A DNA stretch of 64,000 nt, taken from the NCBI GenBank assembly GCA_034423235.1, contig DAOUIX010000141.1, forward strand, positions 2,158-66,157. Reading direction: 5' to 3'. The stretch is from Chloroflexota bacterium (GTDB lineage Bacteria; Chloroflexota; UBA11872). Under the pieces are notes generated by a model, which was not told the DNA's origin, did no database searches, and was given only the letters and a program-made list of their open reading frames with translations. The position numbers and the translations under genes were made by a program. Each line of letters begins with the position of its first letter. Position 1 is the first letter of the stretch. Of this stretch, positions 9,015 to 18,940 are shown in pieces.

Positions 9015-9761
9015 TCACGAGCGCCTGGCCCAGGGCGTCAGCAGCCGCTTGTAGTAGTCGACGGCGCCTTCCAGCTTGGCCTGCTGGATGGCGCCCGCGG
9101 GGTCGACGTGCTTGGGGCAGACCTCGGAGCACTCGCCCACGAAGGTGCACTCCCAGATCCCTTCGTTCTGGAAGATCACGTCCTGCCGCAGCTGCTTGCC
9201 CTGATCGCGAGAGTCCAGGTTGTAGCGCTGGGCGAGCGCGAGCGCGGCGGGACCGATGAAGTCGTCCACGCGGCCAATCACCGGGCAGGCCGCGTAGCAG
9301 AGCATGCAGTTGATGCACATGCTGAACTGCTTGTAGCGGTCCAGCTGGGTCGGCGTTTGCATGTACTCGGCACTCAGGTCGTCGGCTTCGTCCTCGCGCA
9401 CCAGGTAGGGCTTGACGTGGTCGAGCTTCTCCATGAAGCCGTTCATGTCGACCACGAGGTCGCGCTCCACCGGGAAGTTGATGAGTGGCTCAACGCGAAC
9501 CGGCCCGGGCATGTGATCGCGCAGGAACGCGGCACAGGTGAGCGACGGTTCGCCGTTGACCTGCATGCCGCAGGAGCCGCAGACGCCCATGCGGCAGGAC
9601 CAGCGGAAGCTCAGGGAGCCGTCGATGTAGTTCTTGACATAATTCAAGGCGTCCAGGACGACCCAGTCGTCGTGATACGGCACTTCATAAGATTGGAAAG
9701 TCGGCCCACCGTTATCGGGGCGATAGCGAAAGACTTCGAGCTGGATTGTCGTTTCGCTCAC
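9015..9761 (-). CDS. sdhB: Succinate dehydrogenase/fumarate reductase iron-sulfur subunit
   Basis: 248 aa. 2Fe-2S motif [15 protein letters not shown], 4Fe-4[13 protein letters not shown] and 3Fe-4[13 protein letters not shown]. Confidence 0.9.
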   Translation of the reverse strand: MSETTIQLEVFRYRPDNGGPTFQSYEVPYHDDWVVLDALNYVKNYIDGSLSFRWSCRMGVCGSCGMQVNGEPSLTCAAFLRDHMPGPVRVEPLINFPVERDLVVDMNGFMEKLDHVKPYLVREDEADDLSAEYMQTPTQLDRYKQFSMCINCMLCYAACPVIGRVDDFIGPAALALAQRYNLDSRDQGKQLRQDVIFQNEGIWECTFVGECSEVCPKHVDPAGAIQQAKLEGAVDYYKRLLTPWARRS

Positions 9762-9766
9762 TGTGC

Positions 9767-11587
9767 CTACTTCCCGTCCTTCTCGCCGGACGATCCGTAC
9801 ACGCGTTCAGCCGGTGGCCAGCGTGTGATTACCACGTCCTTGTACTCGATGCGCGGGTCGCCGTCGGTGCGGTAGGCCATGGAGTGCTTGAGATAGTTGG
9901 CGTCGTCGCGCGTGGCGTAGTCGGTTCGTTGATGGGATCCGCGCGACTCGGTGCGATCGAGGGCCGCGTGGGCCAGCGCCTGCGAGATGTCGACCATGCA
10001 GTCGAGCTCGAGCGCGCTGATAAGTTCGGTGTTGTAGACGGGACTCGAATCGTCGAGGGATATCCGAGTCACACGGTCTTCAAGCTCGCGAAGCGTTCCG
10101 CAGCAGGCGGATAGCGAAGCCTCGTCGCGAAATATTCCGGCGCCGGCTTCCATGGCCGTGGTCAGGTCGTCGCGAATGACGGCAATGCGCTCTCCGCCAG
10201 ACGGGCGCGCGCGAAGGTCCTCAATGCGGTCGCGCTCCGAGCTCACCTGGCGATCCACCTCCGGCCCGTCGGCTAGCTGCTGGCCGCCGACCGCGGCCGC
10301 CGCGTGACGGCCGGCGCGCGCTCCGAACACCACCAGTTCCGTGAGCGAATTCGATCCCAGCCGGTTGGCGCCGTTGATGCTGACGCAGGCGCATTCGCCG
10401 GCGGCGTACAGGCCGGGGAGGGTCGTTAAGCCGTGCACGTCGGTGTCGATACCGCCCATCATGTAGTGGACGACGGGCCGCACGGGGATCGGCTCGACGA
10501 CCGGATCGATCCCGGCGTAATTGGATGCGAGCTCTCGCACAAACGGAATCCGGGTGTCGATTAGTTCTTCGCCGAGATGCCGCACGTCGAGATGCACATA
10601 GTCCCCATAGTCGCCCTGGAACGTCCGTCCGGCGGCCTGCTCGTGCATGAACGCCTGTGACAGGCGGTCACGCGGACCCAGCTCCATCGTTCGATTCTGA
10701 GGGTGCCGCGGGTCGTGGATGTCCAGGGGCTCGCCAAGGTCATAGTCCTGCAAATAGCGGCGGTTTTCCGTGTTTAGAAGAATGCCGCCCTCGCCGCGCG
10801 AGGCTTCCGTGATCAGGATGCCGGTGCCGGGCAAGCCGGTGGGGTGGTACTGCACAAACTCCATGTCCTTCAGCGCCACGCCCGCGCGATAGGCGAGGGC
10901 CAGGCCATCACCGGTCTTGATGGAGCCGTTGGTGGTGAACGGAAAGATCCGGCCGAAACCGCCGGTACAGATGATGACGGCGTTGGCACGGAGCACGTGC
11001 AACTCGCCCGTGCGCAGTTCCAGCGCCACGCATCCTTGGCAGCGGCCGTCCGCCGTGATCAAGCTCGTGGCGAAGTATTCGTCGTAGCGCGTGATCTGGC
11101 TGAATTGCAGCGAGGTCTGAAAGAGCGCGTGCAGCACATGGAAGCCGGTCTTGTCGGCCGCGTACCAGGTGCGTTCGATCTGCATGCCGCCGAATGGCCG
11201 CACGGCGACGTGCCCCGAGTCTTCGCGGCTCCAGGGACAGCCCCAGTGCTCCAGCTGGATCAGTTCGCGCGGGGCCTCGTCCACGAACATCTCGACGGCG
11301 TCCTGGTCGGCCAGCCAGTCGGAGCCGCTGATCGTGTCGTAAATGTGGTGCTCGCGCGCATCGTTTCCCTTGATCACCGCGGCCATGCCGCCCTCGGCGG
11401 CCACCGTGTGGCTGCGCATGGGGTAGACCTTGGACACGAGGCCGATTGAGAGATCGGGGTTGGATTCGACAACCGCCATAGCAGCGCGAAGGCCGGCGCC
11501 GCCGGCCCCGATGACGAGAATGTCGTGTCGGATTTCGTTCACGAAAGTGATCTTAGGGACGCCGGGCAGGGGCCGCAATCGACCCAC
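9767..11587 (-). CDS. sdhA: Succinate dehydrogenase/fumarate reductase flavoprotein subunit
   Basis: 606 aa. Dinucleotide fold [15 protein letters not shown], covalent-FAD His region [10 protein letters not shown], and typical Frd/Sdh catalytic regions. The true start may be a few codons downstream of 11587. Confidence 0.9.
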   Translation of the reverse strand: MGRLRPLPGVPKITFVNEIRHDILVIGAGGAGLRAAMAVVESNPDLSIGLVSKVYPMRSHTVAAEGGMAAVIKGNDAREHHIYDTISGSDWLADQDAVEMFVDEAPRELIQLEHWGCPWSREDSGHVAVRPFGGMQIERTWYAADKTGFHVLHALFQTSLQFSQITRYDEYFATSLITADGRCQGCVALELRTGELHVLRANAVIICTGGFGRIFPFTTNGSIKTGDGLALAYRAGVALKDMEFVQYHPTGLPGTGILITEASRGEGGILLNTENRRYLQDYDLGEPLDIHDPRHPQNRTMELGPRDRLSQAFMHEQAAGRTFQGDYGDYVHLDVRHLGEELIDTRIPFVRELASNYAGIDPVVEPIPVRPVVHYMMGGIDTDVHGLTTLPGLYAAGECACVSINGANRLGSNSLTELVVFGARAGRHAAAAVGGQQLADGPEVDRQVSSERDRIEDLRARPSGGERIAVIRDDLTTAMEAGAGIFRDEASLSACCGTLRELEDRVTRISLDDSSPVYNTELISALELDCMVDISQALAHAALDRTESRGSHQRTDYATRDDANYLKHSMAYRTDGDPRIEYKDVVITRWPPAERVYGSSGEKDGK

Positions 11588-11641
11588 GCGGTCCGTCCGA
11601 TTCGGTCAGTCGGATAACGTACGTGTCCCGTCGAGCGCAGC

Positions 11642-12838
11642 TCATGCTCCGTCACGTGACGTCTCTCGAGACGACCGGCCGGAGCGCCTGAGCTCGCCCA
11701 GCACATCGGGGCGCCGCTCGAGGAGAGCCAGGAGCGCCTGCTTGGTGGCGTCCCGGCGCTCCGGCGCTTCCGAGTCATTGGACGCGTCCAGGGCACGCAG
11801 CTCCGCGAGCAGATCGGCGGCTACCAGCTCGGGGTCCGCGGCCGGCCGACGGCGCCAGCCGCGCCGCCAAATCACCAGCGCCAGCCCCGCCACGACCGCC
11901 GGAACCGCGGCGAAGATCGCCCAGCGGTCGGCCGTCGTGGCGCGAAGCGTGCGTACGATGCCGGGCAGCGACGTGTCGGCAATCCGAACGCCAAACGACT
12001 GACGCGCTGGTACCCCGTTTTTCTGCCAGCGAAGGACCCTGGTGCCTCCGAAGGCGTCGTCGCCACGTGCCTCCAGCCCGGTGACCGTCGTGGTTAGCGG
12101 GCCGGTCTCAACCAGCAGAATCGCGACATCGGTATTCAGCGCCGGCACCCAATCGAAGGCGACGGTCCCGCCGTCGAGCGCCAATTGGTAGCCGTAAACC
12201 ATCGTCGTCACGCCTGGTTGGAGTCCGGCGAAGACCGCGAAGCCCGGTCCGCCGATGACGGCGTCACCGGGCCCGAAGCCCGCGACCGGCTGCAAGTTGA
12301 ACGCGCCATCGGGGACGCCGAACCGCAACGGCGGAGGCGAGCCCGGCTGCTGCACCGGCAGGTAGGCGCGGTCGCCGGGTACGTGCACCTCGGCGACTTC
12401 GACAACCGAGAGCGTGTCAGCCGTCTGGCGTCTGAGCAGGCGGGTCAGGCTCTGAAAGCTGATGCCAGGATCGGTCTCGGTCACGGCAAAGACTTCGATC
12501 TCAACCGCCGTGCGCTCACCCGCTGCTACCTGAAGCACATCGCTGCTGTAGCGGACGCCCTCAGCCTCGAACGAGATGAGATAGGCGTATTCGCCGCCGG
12601 CAGCCACGTCGGCGAACACGAAGGCGCCGTCGGCACCTACCGCAGTCTCGCTGGTGGGCAGGCGATCAGTCTGTCGAAACCCGTCAAGCCTGACCAAGAG
12701 GCCCGATGGCAATGCCGCGCCCGGCGTGGCCGGCCGCAGGCGCCCGACGATTTCACCACTTCCCTCGGCCTGCACGCCGGCTACGCCGACGATGGCAAGG
12801 GCGAATAGCACGGCGACTAGTCCAAGCGCTCGTTTCAT
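11642..12838 (-). CDS. Secreted, C-terminally membrane-anchored protein with carboxypeptidase-regulatory-like (CarbopepD_reg) domain; last gene of the ccm operon
   Basis: Signal peptide MKRALGLVAVLFALAIVGVAGVQA. G.IVGRL....G..LPSGLLVRLDG...T..DGAFVFADV resembles the CarbopepD_reg fold. C-terminal TM (AIFAAVPAVVAGLALVIW) followed by RRGWRRR. Its ATG overlaps the upstream gene's stop (ATGA). Confidence 0.5.
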   Translation of the reverse strand: MKRALGLVAVLFALAIVGVAGVQAEGSGEIVGRLRPATPGAALPSGLLVRLDGFRQTDRLPTSETAVGADGAFVFADVAAGGEYAYLISFEAEGVRYSSDVLQVAAGERTAVEIEVFAVTETDPGISFQSLTRLLRRQTADTLSVVEVAEVHVPGDRAYLPVQQPGSPPPLRFGVPDGAFNLQPVAGFGPGDAVIGGPGFAVFAGLQPGVTTMVYGYQLALDGGTVAFDWVPALNTDVAILLVETGPLTTTVTGLEARGDDAFGGTRVLRWQKNGVPARQSFGVRIADTSLPGIVRTLRATTADRWAIFAAVPAVVAGLALVIWRRGWRRRPAADPELVAADLLAELRALDASNDSEAPERRDATKQALLALLERRPDVLGELRRSGRSSRETSRDGA

Positions 12839-14073
12839 CGCCAGGTGGTTCCCGCGTCGCGGCTGCGGAATACCGAGCCGTCGGCCGCGACCGCGTAGAG
12901 CGTGCGTCCGGTAATCGCCAGCGCACGCACGTCCGCGCGCAGGGGAAGCTGCACCCACGACTGCATGCCGTCGACGGACTTGAATACGCCGGCGTCGGTG
13001 GCCACGAAGGCGGCGCCCTCAAATCGCTCGCCGGACGCCGAACTGTAGGAGTCGCCGGTTTCGGGCTCGTAGACCACGGCCCGGACGGTGATCGTGGGCA
13101 GGACGCCGTTGACGAAGCCGTTGGCACCGCGCCAGCCGCCGGTGCTCTCGGAGGCGAGCACGCCTTCAGCGCCGGTGGCCGCCAGTAGAAATGGGGTGCC
13201 GAAGTCGACGAGGGCCAGACCCGTAAGGCTGAGCGGAGCGTCGGCGGGGCCTGACTCCCAGCTGCGGCCCATGTCATTGCTCACGAAAATCGACCCGGAG
13301 TCATCGACGCCAGCCAGTCCCCGGGTTCGCAGTCCAATGGCTAGTCGCCGGAACGCCGGGAAGCCGGACTCGCGACCCCAGGTGGCGCCATGATCCCGAC
13401 TTGACCACACGCCGTCGCGGGCGAGCACGTAGAGCGCGTCGGAGCCTGCCGCGGCGCCCACGGCTTCTCCCGGACCCTCGGCGGGCGCCCAGGTCTGCCC
13501 GCCGTCACGGCTCAGCTGCGCGCCGGTGGCGTGGCTGACGAGCAGCAGATTGGCGTTGCCGGCCGCTACGGCCGTTCCCGAGATTGCCGCGACGCCGACG
13601 TTGCCGACAGGTTCCTGTTCGGCGGCCGCGGATCGCGCTCCGACGGTGATCACGACGACCAGCGCGCCCAGCAGCGTCACCAGCGCGACGCTCGGCGCAA
13701 CCCACGCCAGCGTCCGAGCACGCGAGGGTGTCCGAGCCGCCACCGGGACGGCGGTGGGCGCCTCGCCTCCAACCAGCGCCTCCACCGCGGCATCCAGGCG
13801 CCGGCGTCGCTGGTCGCGCTCGTGCAGTCGCCGCGCGGTATCTCGCCTAACGTCGCCGCTGACCCGCTCGAAATCCGCGTTGCTGATGGCTCCCCGATCG
13901 CGTTCGGCCTGCAAGTCGTCCAGCATTCGCAGCCCGCGCTCCACGGCCAGGTCGTCATCGGGTCCGATCAAGTCGCCGCGTTCGAGCGATCGACGCAGCA
14001 GCGGAGCGATGATCCAGGCCAGTCCGGCAAGGGCGATCAGGAGGACCGCCAGGCTCAGCAGGGGCGCCGTCAC
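12835..14073 (-). CDS. CcmI (CycH) N-terminal domain fused to a BNR/Ycf48-like beta-propeller
   Basis: GTG start overlaps the ccmH stop (GTGA). N-terminus VTAPLLSLAVLLIALAGLAWIIAPLLRR...DDDLAVERGLRMLDDL matches the CcmI membrane/helical module. C-terminal half carries at least four S-x-D-x-G-x-T/S-W BNR motifs (SRDGGQTW, SRDHGATW, SNDMGRSW, SRDAGTTW). Confidence 0.6.
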   Translation of the reverse strand: MTAPLLSLAVLLIALAGLAWIIAPLLRRSLERGDLIGPDDDLAVERGLRMLDDLQAERDRGAISNADFERVSGDVRRDTARRLHERDQRRRRLDAAVEALVGGEAPTAVPVAARTPSRARTLAWVAPSVALVTLLGALVVVITVGARSAAAEQEPVGNVGVAAISGTAVAAGNANLLLVSHATGAQLSRDGGQTWAPAEGPGEAVGAAAGSDALYVLARDGVWSSRDHGATWGRESGFPAFRRLAIGLRTRGLAGVDDSGSIFVSNDMGRSWESGPADAPLSLTGLALVDFGTPFLLAATGAEGVLASESTGGWRGANGFVNGVLPTITVRAVVYEPETGDSYSSASGERFEGAAFVATDAGVFKSVDGMQSWVQLPLRADVRALAITGRTLYAVAADGSVFRSRDAGTTWR

Positions 14074-14555
14074 GCTGGTGGTGGCGAGTCGCGCCCGGCC
14101 TGGCGCAGGTCGTCCACCTGCCGCTCGTAGGCCTGTAGATCTTCGTCGTCGGCCGCGAGTACGGGCTGGCGTCCACGAGCGAGAACCCAGCCGAGCAGCA
14201 GGATGCCCAGGCTGAGGATGACGACCGGACCGATCCAAACGCCCAGGGCCAGACCCTCGCGAGGCGGCTCGCGCAAGACCGCCAAGCCGTAACGATCCGC
14301 AAAGAAGTCCATGATCTGCGATTCGGACTCGCCTGCCTGGAGCTTGATCAGGATGATTTCACGCATCTGGGCGGCGAGCTGGGCATTGGATTCGCGCACG
14401 GACTGCCCCTGGCAGACGGGACAGTCAAGCCGCTCGGCGATCGACCACAGGCGTTTGCGCGTGGCCAGATCCGGCTCGTCGTCCGCGTGGGCCGGCACGG
14501 CCAGGAGCGTGGCCGCCAGCAGGGCCATGAGCAGGCTCGCGCGGAACCGACTCAC
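14070..14555 (-). CDS. ccmH: Cytochrome c-type biogenesis protein CcmH (NrfF-like)
   Basis: LDCPVCQGQSVRESNA (the LRCPxCQ motif), signal peptide, C-terminal TM. GTG start overlaps the ccmF stop. Confidence 0.75.
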   Translation of the reverse strand: MSRFRASLLMALLAATLLAVPAHADDEPDLATRKRLWSIAERLDCPVCQGQSVRESNAQLAAQMREIILIKLQAGESESQIMDFFADRYGLAVLREPPREGLALGVWIGPVVILSLGILLLGWVLARGRQPVLAADDEDLQAYERQVDDLRQAGRDSPPPA

Positions 14556-16552
14556 GACGCGGCCGGCTGCGTGGCGGCACCCGAAATCGCCGCTGTTTCC
14601 CTCGGCTCGGCAGGCCAGGCGATCACGAGGATGCCGACGAAGTAGACGATTCCGCCGATCCAGAGCAGCACGACCAACGGGTTGATTAGCAGTCGAATGG
14701 TGGCCGAGGCACCGCTCTGGTCCCACGAGCTCAGCAGCACGTACACGTCGTCCAGGTGCGGCAGGGTGGTGCTGACCGCCACGTCGGCCGTGGGCTGATT
14801 CTCCCAGCCGGCGTGAATGCGACGGGCAGGGGCCAGGCGATCGATCACGGCGCCGTCGCGCCGAACGTCCACGGCGGCGACTACCGTGTTCAGGCCCGGC
14901 TGGACGCTGCTGCGGAGTCCCTGGAAGACGATGTCGTACGAGCCCAGGCTCACGGCCTCGCCGCGCTCCACGGTGGCGGCAGTCTCCTGGCTGAAGGCGG
15001 CGGAGGCAATGATTCCGAGGGCCAGGATGGCGATGCCCAGGTGCACGAGATAGCTGCCCAGCCGCCGCCGATTGCCCACCATGAGCGGGTACGGGCCCGT
15101 CGCCGTCTCACGCCGGCGCGCCAGGCCGGCGCGCAAGCTGCGGGCGTACTCGAGCGCGACACCCACCGCGACGGCCGCTGTGAGCCCGATGGCAATGATC
15201 GGCAGGCCGTCGCGCATGCCGAAAACCGCCAGCAGCACCGAAACAACGACCAGCGTGGCGATGGGCCAGCGCGTGGCGCGCCAGGCGGCTCGCAGGGACG
15301 TGCGGCGCCAGGCCAGCAGCGGCCAGATGGCCAGCAGCCCCAGCGTTGCGACCAGCAACGGCACGTTGACCTGGGTGTAGAAGGGCGGTCCCACCGCGAT
15401 GCGGGCGCCTTGCACGATTTCCGTGATCAGCGGGAATACCGTGCCCCAGAACGTCGCCGCGGCAATGGCCAGCATCAGCAGGTTGTTGATCAGAAAGCCC
15501 GCTTCTTTTGACGCGATGTCGGTGATCGGTTCGTCCGAACGGATGAGAGGCAGGCGGTAGATGAACAGCACGGCCGAGAGAATCAGGAGCGCCCCGACAA
15601 ACACGAAGAAAATCGGGCCAACATCGGACAAGGCGAAGTTGTGGACTGACGACAGGATGCCGCTGCGAACCACGAAGGTGCCAAATATCGCCAGCGCATA
15701 GGTCACCAGCACCAGCCCGATGGCCCAGGCCCGCAGTTGGCCGCGCCGCTCCTGGGCGAGCGCAGAGTGCAGGTAGGCCGTGGCCACCAGCCAGGGCAGG
15801 AGCGCCACGTTCTCCACGGGGTCCCACCCCCAGTAGCCGCCCCAGCCAAGCACGCGGTACGCCCACCAGGCGCCGAGCAGCAGTCCGGCGCTCTGAATGG
15901 CCCAGGCCAGGAGCATCCAGTTCCGCATTTCCCGCAGCCACGGCTGGGTGACGCGCCCAGCGGTGAGCAACCCGACCGCGAACGCGAAGGGGAGTCCGAA
16001 GCTCATGTAGCCGGATAGCAGCATGGGGGGATGGATCTGCATGCCGCTGTCCCACAGCAACGGATTGAGCCCGCGCCCCTCGGCCGGTGCGGCCACCAGG
16101 CGCGAAAACGGTGACGACGTGAAAACCAGGACACCCAGGAAGAAGAGTTGCAGACCGCTGAGCACGACGACTCCGTGCGGGCCGGCGACGCTGTCCGCGG
16201 TCAACATGCGGCGGGTGGCGACTGCCGCGAAGAGGCTCATGGACCAAGTCCAGAAGAGCAGCGAGCCTTCCTGACCGCCCCATAGGGCGGCGATGGTGAG
16301 GCCGGTCGGCATGGTTGAACTGGAGTGGTCGGCAACGAATTGAATCGAGAAATCGCGCGCCAGGAAGCCGGCCGCCAACCCAGCGACCACCACTGTCAGC
16401 AGGGCGGCCTGCACCGACGCGGCATTGGCGGCGCTGCGGCTTAGTTCAGGCGTACGGCGTAATGCTCCCGCGAGTCCAAGCAGCACCTGGAGCACAGCGA
16501 CGCCAAAGGCAACGCCGAGTCCCAGCCGGCCGGCATCGACGAGGTCAGGCAT
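14552..16552 (-). CDS. ccmF: Cytochrome c-type biogenesis heme lyase CcmF
   Basis: 666 aa, polytopic. WGGYWGWDPVEN WWD domain. Confidence 0.9.
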   Translation of the reverse strand: MPDLVDAGRLGLGVAFGVAVLQVLLGLAGALRRTPELSRSAANAASVQAALLTVVVAGLAAGFLARDFSIQFVADHSSSTMPTGLTIAALWGGQEGSLLFWTWSMSLFAAVATRRMLTADSVAGPHGVVVLSGLQLFFLGVLVFTSSPFSRLVAAPAEGRGLNPLLWDSGMQIHPPMLLSGYMSFGLPFAFAVGLLTAGRVTQPWLREMRNWMLLAWAIQSAGLLLGAWWAYRVLGWGGYWGWDPVENVALLPWLVATAYLHSALAQERRGQLRAWAIGLVLVTYALAIFGTFVVRSGILSSVHNFALSDVGPIFFVFVGALLILSAVLFIYRLPLIRSDEPITDIASKEAGFLINNLLMLAIAAATFWGTVFPLITEIVQGARIAVGPPFYTQVNVPLLVATLGLLAIWPLLAWRRTSLRAAWRATRWPIATLVVVSVLLAVFGMRDGLPIIAIGLTAAVAVGVALEYARSLRAGLARRRETATGPYPLMVGNRRRLGSYLVHLGIAILALGIIASAAFSQETAATVERGEAVSLGSYDIVFQGLRSSVQPGLNTVVAAVDVRRDGAVIDRLAPARRIHAGWENQPTADVAVSTTLPHLDDVYVLLSSWDQSGASATIRLLINPLVVLLWIGGIVYFVGILVIAWPAEPRETAAISGAATQPAAS

Positions 16553-16602
16553 GGCCGGTTCGCGCTAGCGGCGCGGTCCGAGTCGTCGCCGCCGAGTTCT
16601 TG

Positions 16603-16770
16603 TCAGTGGCTTGACGCTTCCCGCCCTGCGTGCGGCGCATCGAGCTGCCCACGCAGATCTTGTAACTCGTCGCGCACGCTGCGCACGCGGCCGGTGACGT
16701 AGACCAGGTAGCCGAAAATCCCAAGCCACACGGCACCGAAGCCGATGAAGAGATACAGCAGGTCGCTCAT
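16603..16770 (-). CDS. ccmD: Heme exporter protein CcmD (small ORF absent from the >=60 aa track)
   Basis: My own translation: MSDLLYLFIGFGAVWLGIFGYLVYVTGRVRSVRDELQDLRGQLDAPHAGREASSH (55 aa). One TM followed by a charged tail. Its ATG overlaps the ccmC stop (ATGA), and it sits between ccmC and ccmF as in canonical ccm operons. Confidence 0.6.
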   Translation of the reverse strand: MSDLLYLFIGFGAVWLGIFGYLVYVTGRVRSVRDELQDLRGQLDAPHAGREASSH

Positions 16771-17513
16771 GCGGATTCCTCGTTTCGCTCGTGAAGCCGC
16801 TCGCGCAGGCTTCCGAGTTCAGCAACAGCGAGTTCAAGCTGCATGCGCTGTCGCAGCAGCGCCACGTAGAAGACGGTAAAGGCGGCAACGGACACCAGCA
16901 GCGTGGTCAGCATTTCGCGCGGCATACCGCCGCCGGGACTGGTGACCGAGGGCGTGGGGTGCAAGCTGCGCCACCACTCCACCGAAAACCAGACAATCGG
17001 CACGCTGACCACGCCGACGATGCCGAGTACGGACGACATGCGCCGGCGGGCGTCCGGGTCGTCGATATATGAGCGCAGCGCCAGGTAACTCACGTAGATG
17101 AACCACATGATGAGGGTGGTCGTCAGGCGCGGATCCCACTGCCACCAGACGCCCCAGACACTGCGGCCCCAGACGGAGCCCGTGACCAGGGTCAGGGTCG
17201 TGAACAGGACGCCGATCTCCGCGGAGGCGTGCGCAAGGCGATCCCAGCGGGATCTCCCGCGAATGAGGTACATCACGCTGCCTACGGCTACCACGCCGAA
17301 CGCGGCGAACGCCAGCCAGGCGCTGGGCACGTGCACGAAGAGCAGGCGGTAGACCTCGGCCTGTACGCGCTCGGCCGGCGCAAAGATGAAGGCCATGAAG
17401 AGCGCCAGGCCCATGCTCAGCAGCAGCGCGGCATAGAGCGCCACCGTCCCGGGATGCCGGAGCGCGCCGAGCCACCCTGGTCGGGCCAACTCCGTCGTAC
17501 GAGCCTGACTCAT
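16767..17513 (-). CDS. ccmC: Heme exporter protein CcmC
   Basis: 248 aa. WGVWWQWDPRLTTTL WWD motif. GGGAGG RBS upstream. Confidence 0.9.
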   Translation of the reverse strand: MSQARTTELARPGWLGALRHPGTVALYAALLLSMGLALFMAFIFAPAERVQAEVYRLLFVHVPSAWLAFAAFGVVAVGSVMYLIRGRSRWDRLAHASAEIGVLFTTLTLVTGSVWGRSVWGVWWQWDPRLTTTLIMWFIYVSYLALRSYIDDPDARRRMSSVLGIVGVVSVPIVWFSVEWWRSLHPTPSVTSPGGGMPREMLTTLLVSVAAFTVFYVALLRQRMQLELAVAELGSLRERLHERNEESA

Positions 17514-17525
17514 TCCTGCCTCCCG

Positions 17526-18875
17526 TTAGGTCCGGGCCGCGTGCGGGTAGAGCACCGTCCCGAGAGCCAAGAATACGACCGTGACAACGGCCAGCAACCC
17601 GAACCAGGCGCCTTGCTGGCCGGCTGGCGTGACTTCGAGCGCGCCGAGCGTGATGCCCACCCCCGCAAGGAGCACGGGGACGGCCGGTGGGATTGCCAGT
17701 AGCGGCATCAGCATCTCGCGCGCGCGGGCGTTCACGACCAGGGAACTCTGCAGGGCAAGGATGGCGCTGATCGCCGCCGAGGCCAGGGCCACAGCTCCCA
17801 CGGTGGTGGCCTGAAACAGCGAAACATTCAACAGCAGGCTGAGAAACACCAGTTGGGCAACGCCGACGAAAGCCGTCTCCAATGCCAGCAGCGCGAACTT
17901 AGCGAGGTAGATCCCGCTCGGGTCGACAGGCGCGACCAGCAAACCGTCCAGAGTTCCTCGCTCGTACTCGGTAGCGAACAGACGCGTGCCGGCCAGCGTG
18001 GCGGCCAGCAGCACGCTGATCCAGAGAACCCCGACGGCCACGGCCGCGACTTCGGACCCCAGGGCGGCGATAAAGGCCATGTCGAAGACGACCGCGGCGA
18101 GCAGGGTAAACATGAGCAGGGTTGGCACCTGCTCGCGCGCCCGCCACTCGACGCGCGCGTCCTTGGCGATCATGGCCCCGACTGCCCGGGCGAAGCTCGG
18201 CGGACGCGGTCGAGTTCCGCTTCCTCGCAGCTTCAGCGGCGCCGGCTTTTCCGTGACAGTCGTGAGCCGCCCGGCTCTTAGCCTGACGATTCGAGCGCCC
18301 AGCGCGTGCGCCACCCGCTCGTCGTGTGTGCTGAAGAGTACGGCCGCGCGGGGCGCCAGCGCGTCAATCATCACAGGTAAGTCGTCTACGCCGGCGGCGT
18401 CCAGGCTGGCGTCTGGTTCGTCCAGGAGCACGACGTCCGGTTCCGGCAGCAAGGCAAGCGCGAGACCAAGGCGCTGCTGCATGCCGCGGGAAAAGTCGCG
18501 CACCAGGCGGTTGGCATCGGCCGCAAGACCCACAACCTCTAGCGCGGACTCGATGCGCGCGGCGTCAGTGGGGCCATGCAGCCGCGCAGCGAAGGCGAGG
18601 TTCTCCCGAGCGCTCAGATGCGGGTAGAGGGAGGGTCGATGTCCCAGGAAGCCGAGGCCGGCGCGCGTGGCCGGCTCGTCGGGGCCGCGGCCGCCTCGCA
18701 AGCTGACATGGCCGCGCCTGGGGCGAATCAGACCTGCGAGCGCCCGGATCAACGTGGTCTTGCCCGCGCCGTTGGGCCCGACAACGGCCAGGCGTTCGCC
18801 GGGCGCCAGGGACAGCGAGACACCGCGAAGAACATTGCGCTGACCCAGCCGTACCGCCAAGTTGTCCGCGGCCAT
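17526..18875 (-). CDS. ccmAB: Fused CcmA (ABC ATPase) - CcmB (heme exporter permease)
   Basis: One uninterrupted 449-aa frame. N-terminal half has Walker A GPNGAGKTTL, signature FSRGMQQRL and Walker B VLLDEPD. C-terminal half is a 6-TM CcmB-like permease (TEYERGTLDGLLVAPV). Confidence 0.75.
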   Translation of the reverse strand: MAADNLAVRLGQRNVLRGVSLSLAPGERLAVVGPNGAGKTTLIRALAGLIRPRRGHVSLRGGRGPDEPATRAGLGFLGHRPSLYPHLSARENLAFAARLHGPTDAARIESALEVVGLAADANRLVRDFSRGMQQRLGLALALLPEPDVVLLDEPDASLDAAGVDDLPVMIDALAPRAAVLFSTHDERVAHALGARIVRLRAGRLTTVTEKPAPLKLRGSGTRPRPPSFARAVGAMIAKDARVEWRAREQVPTLLMFTLLAAVVFDMAFIAALGSEVAAVAVGVLWISVLLAATLAGTRLFATEYERGTLDGLLVAPVDPSGIYLAKFALLALETAFVGVAQLVFLSLLLNVSLFQATTVGAVALASAAISAILALQSSLVVNARAREMLMPLLAIPPAVPVLLAGVGITLGALEVTPAGQQGAWFGLLAVVTVVFLALGTVLYPHAART

Positions 18876-18940
18876 GGCCGGCGGCGCTGCCTGTGAACTT
18901 CGCGAATCGCCGAACGCGGGAGCTTCGACTTTGTCTGCCC

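Noticed and set aside
8270-9318. 239-aa and 231-aa overlapping ORFs downstream of sdhB
   Set aside because: Only the C-terminal 120 aa of each is hydrophobic and anchor-like. The N-terminal halves are Arg/Pro-rich and overlap each other in different frames. Trimmed to two small anchor genes with coupled starts.
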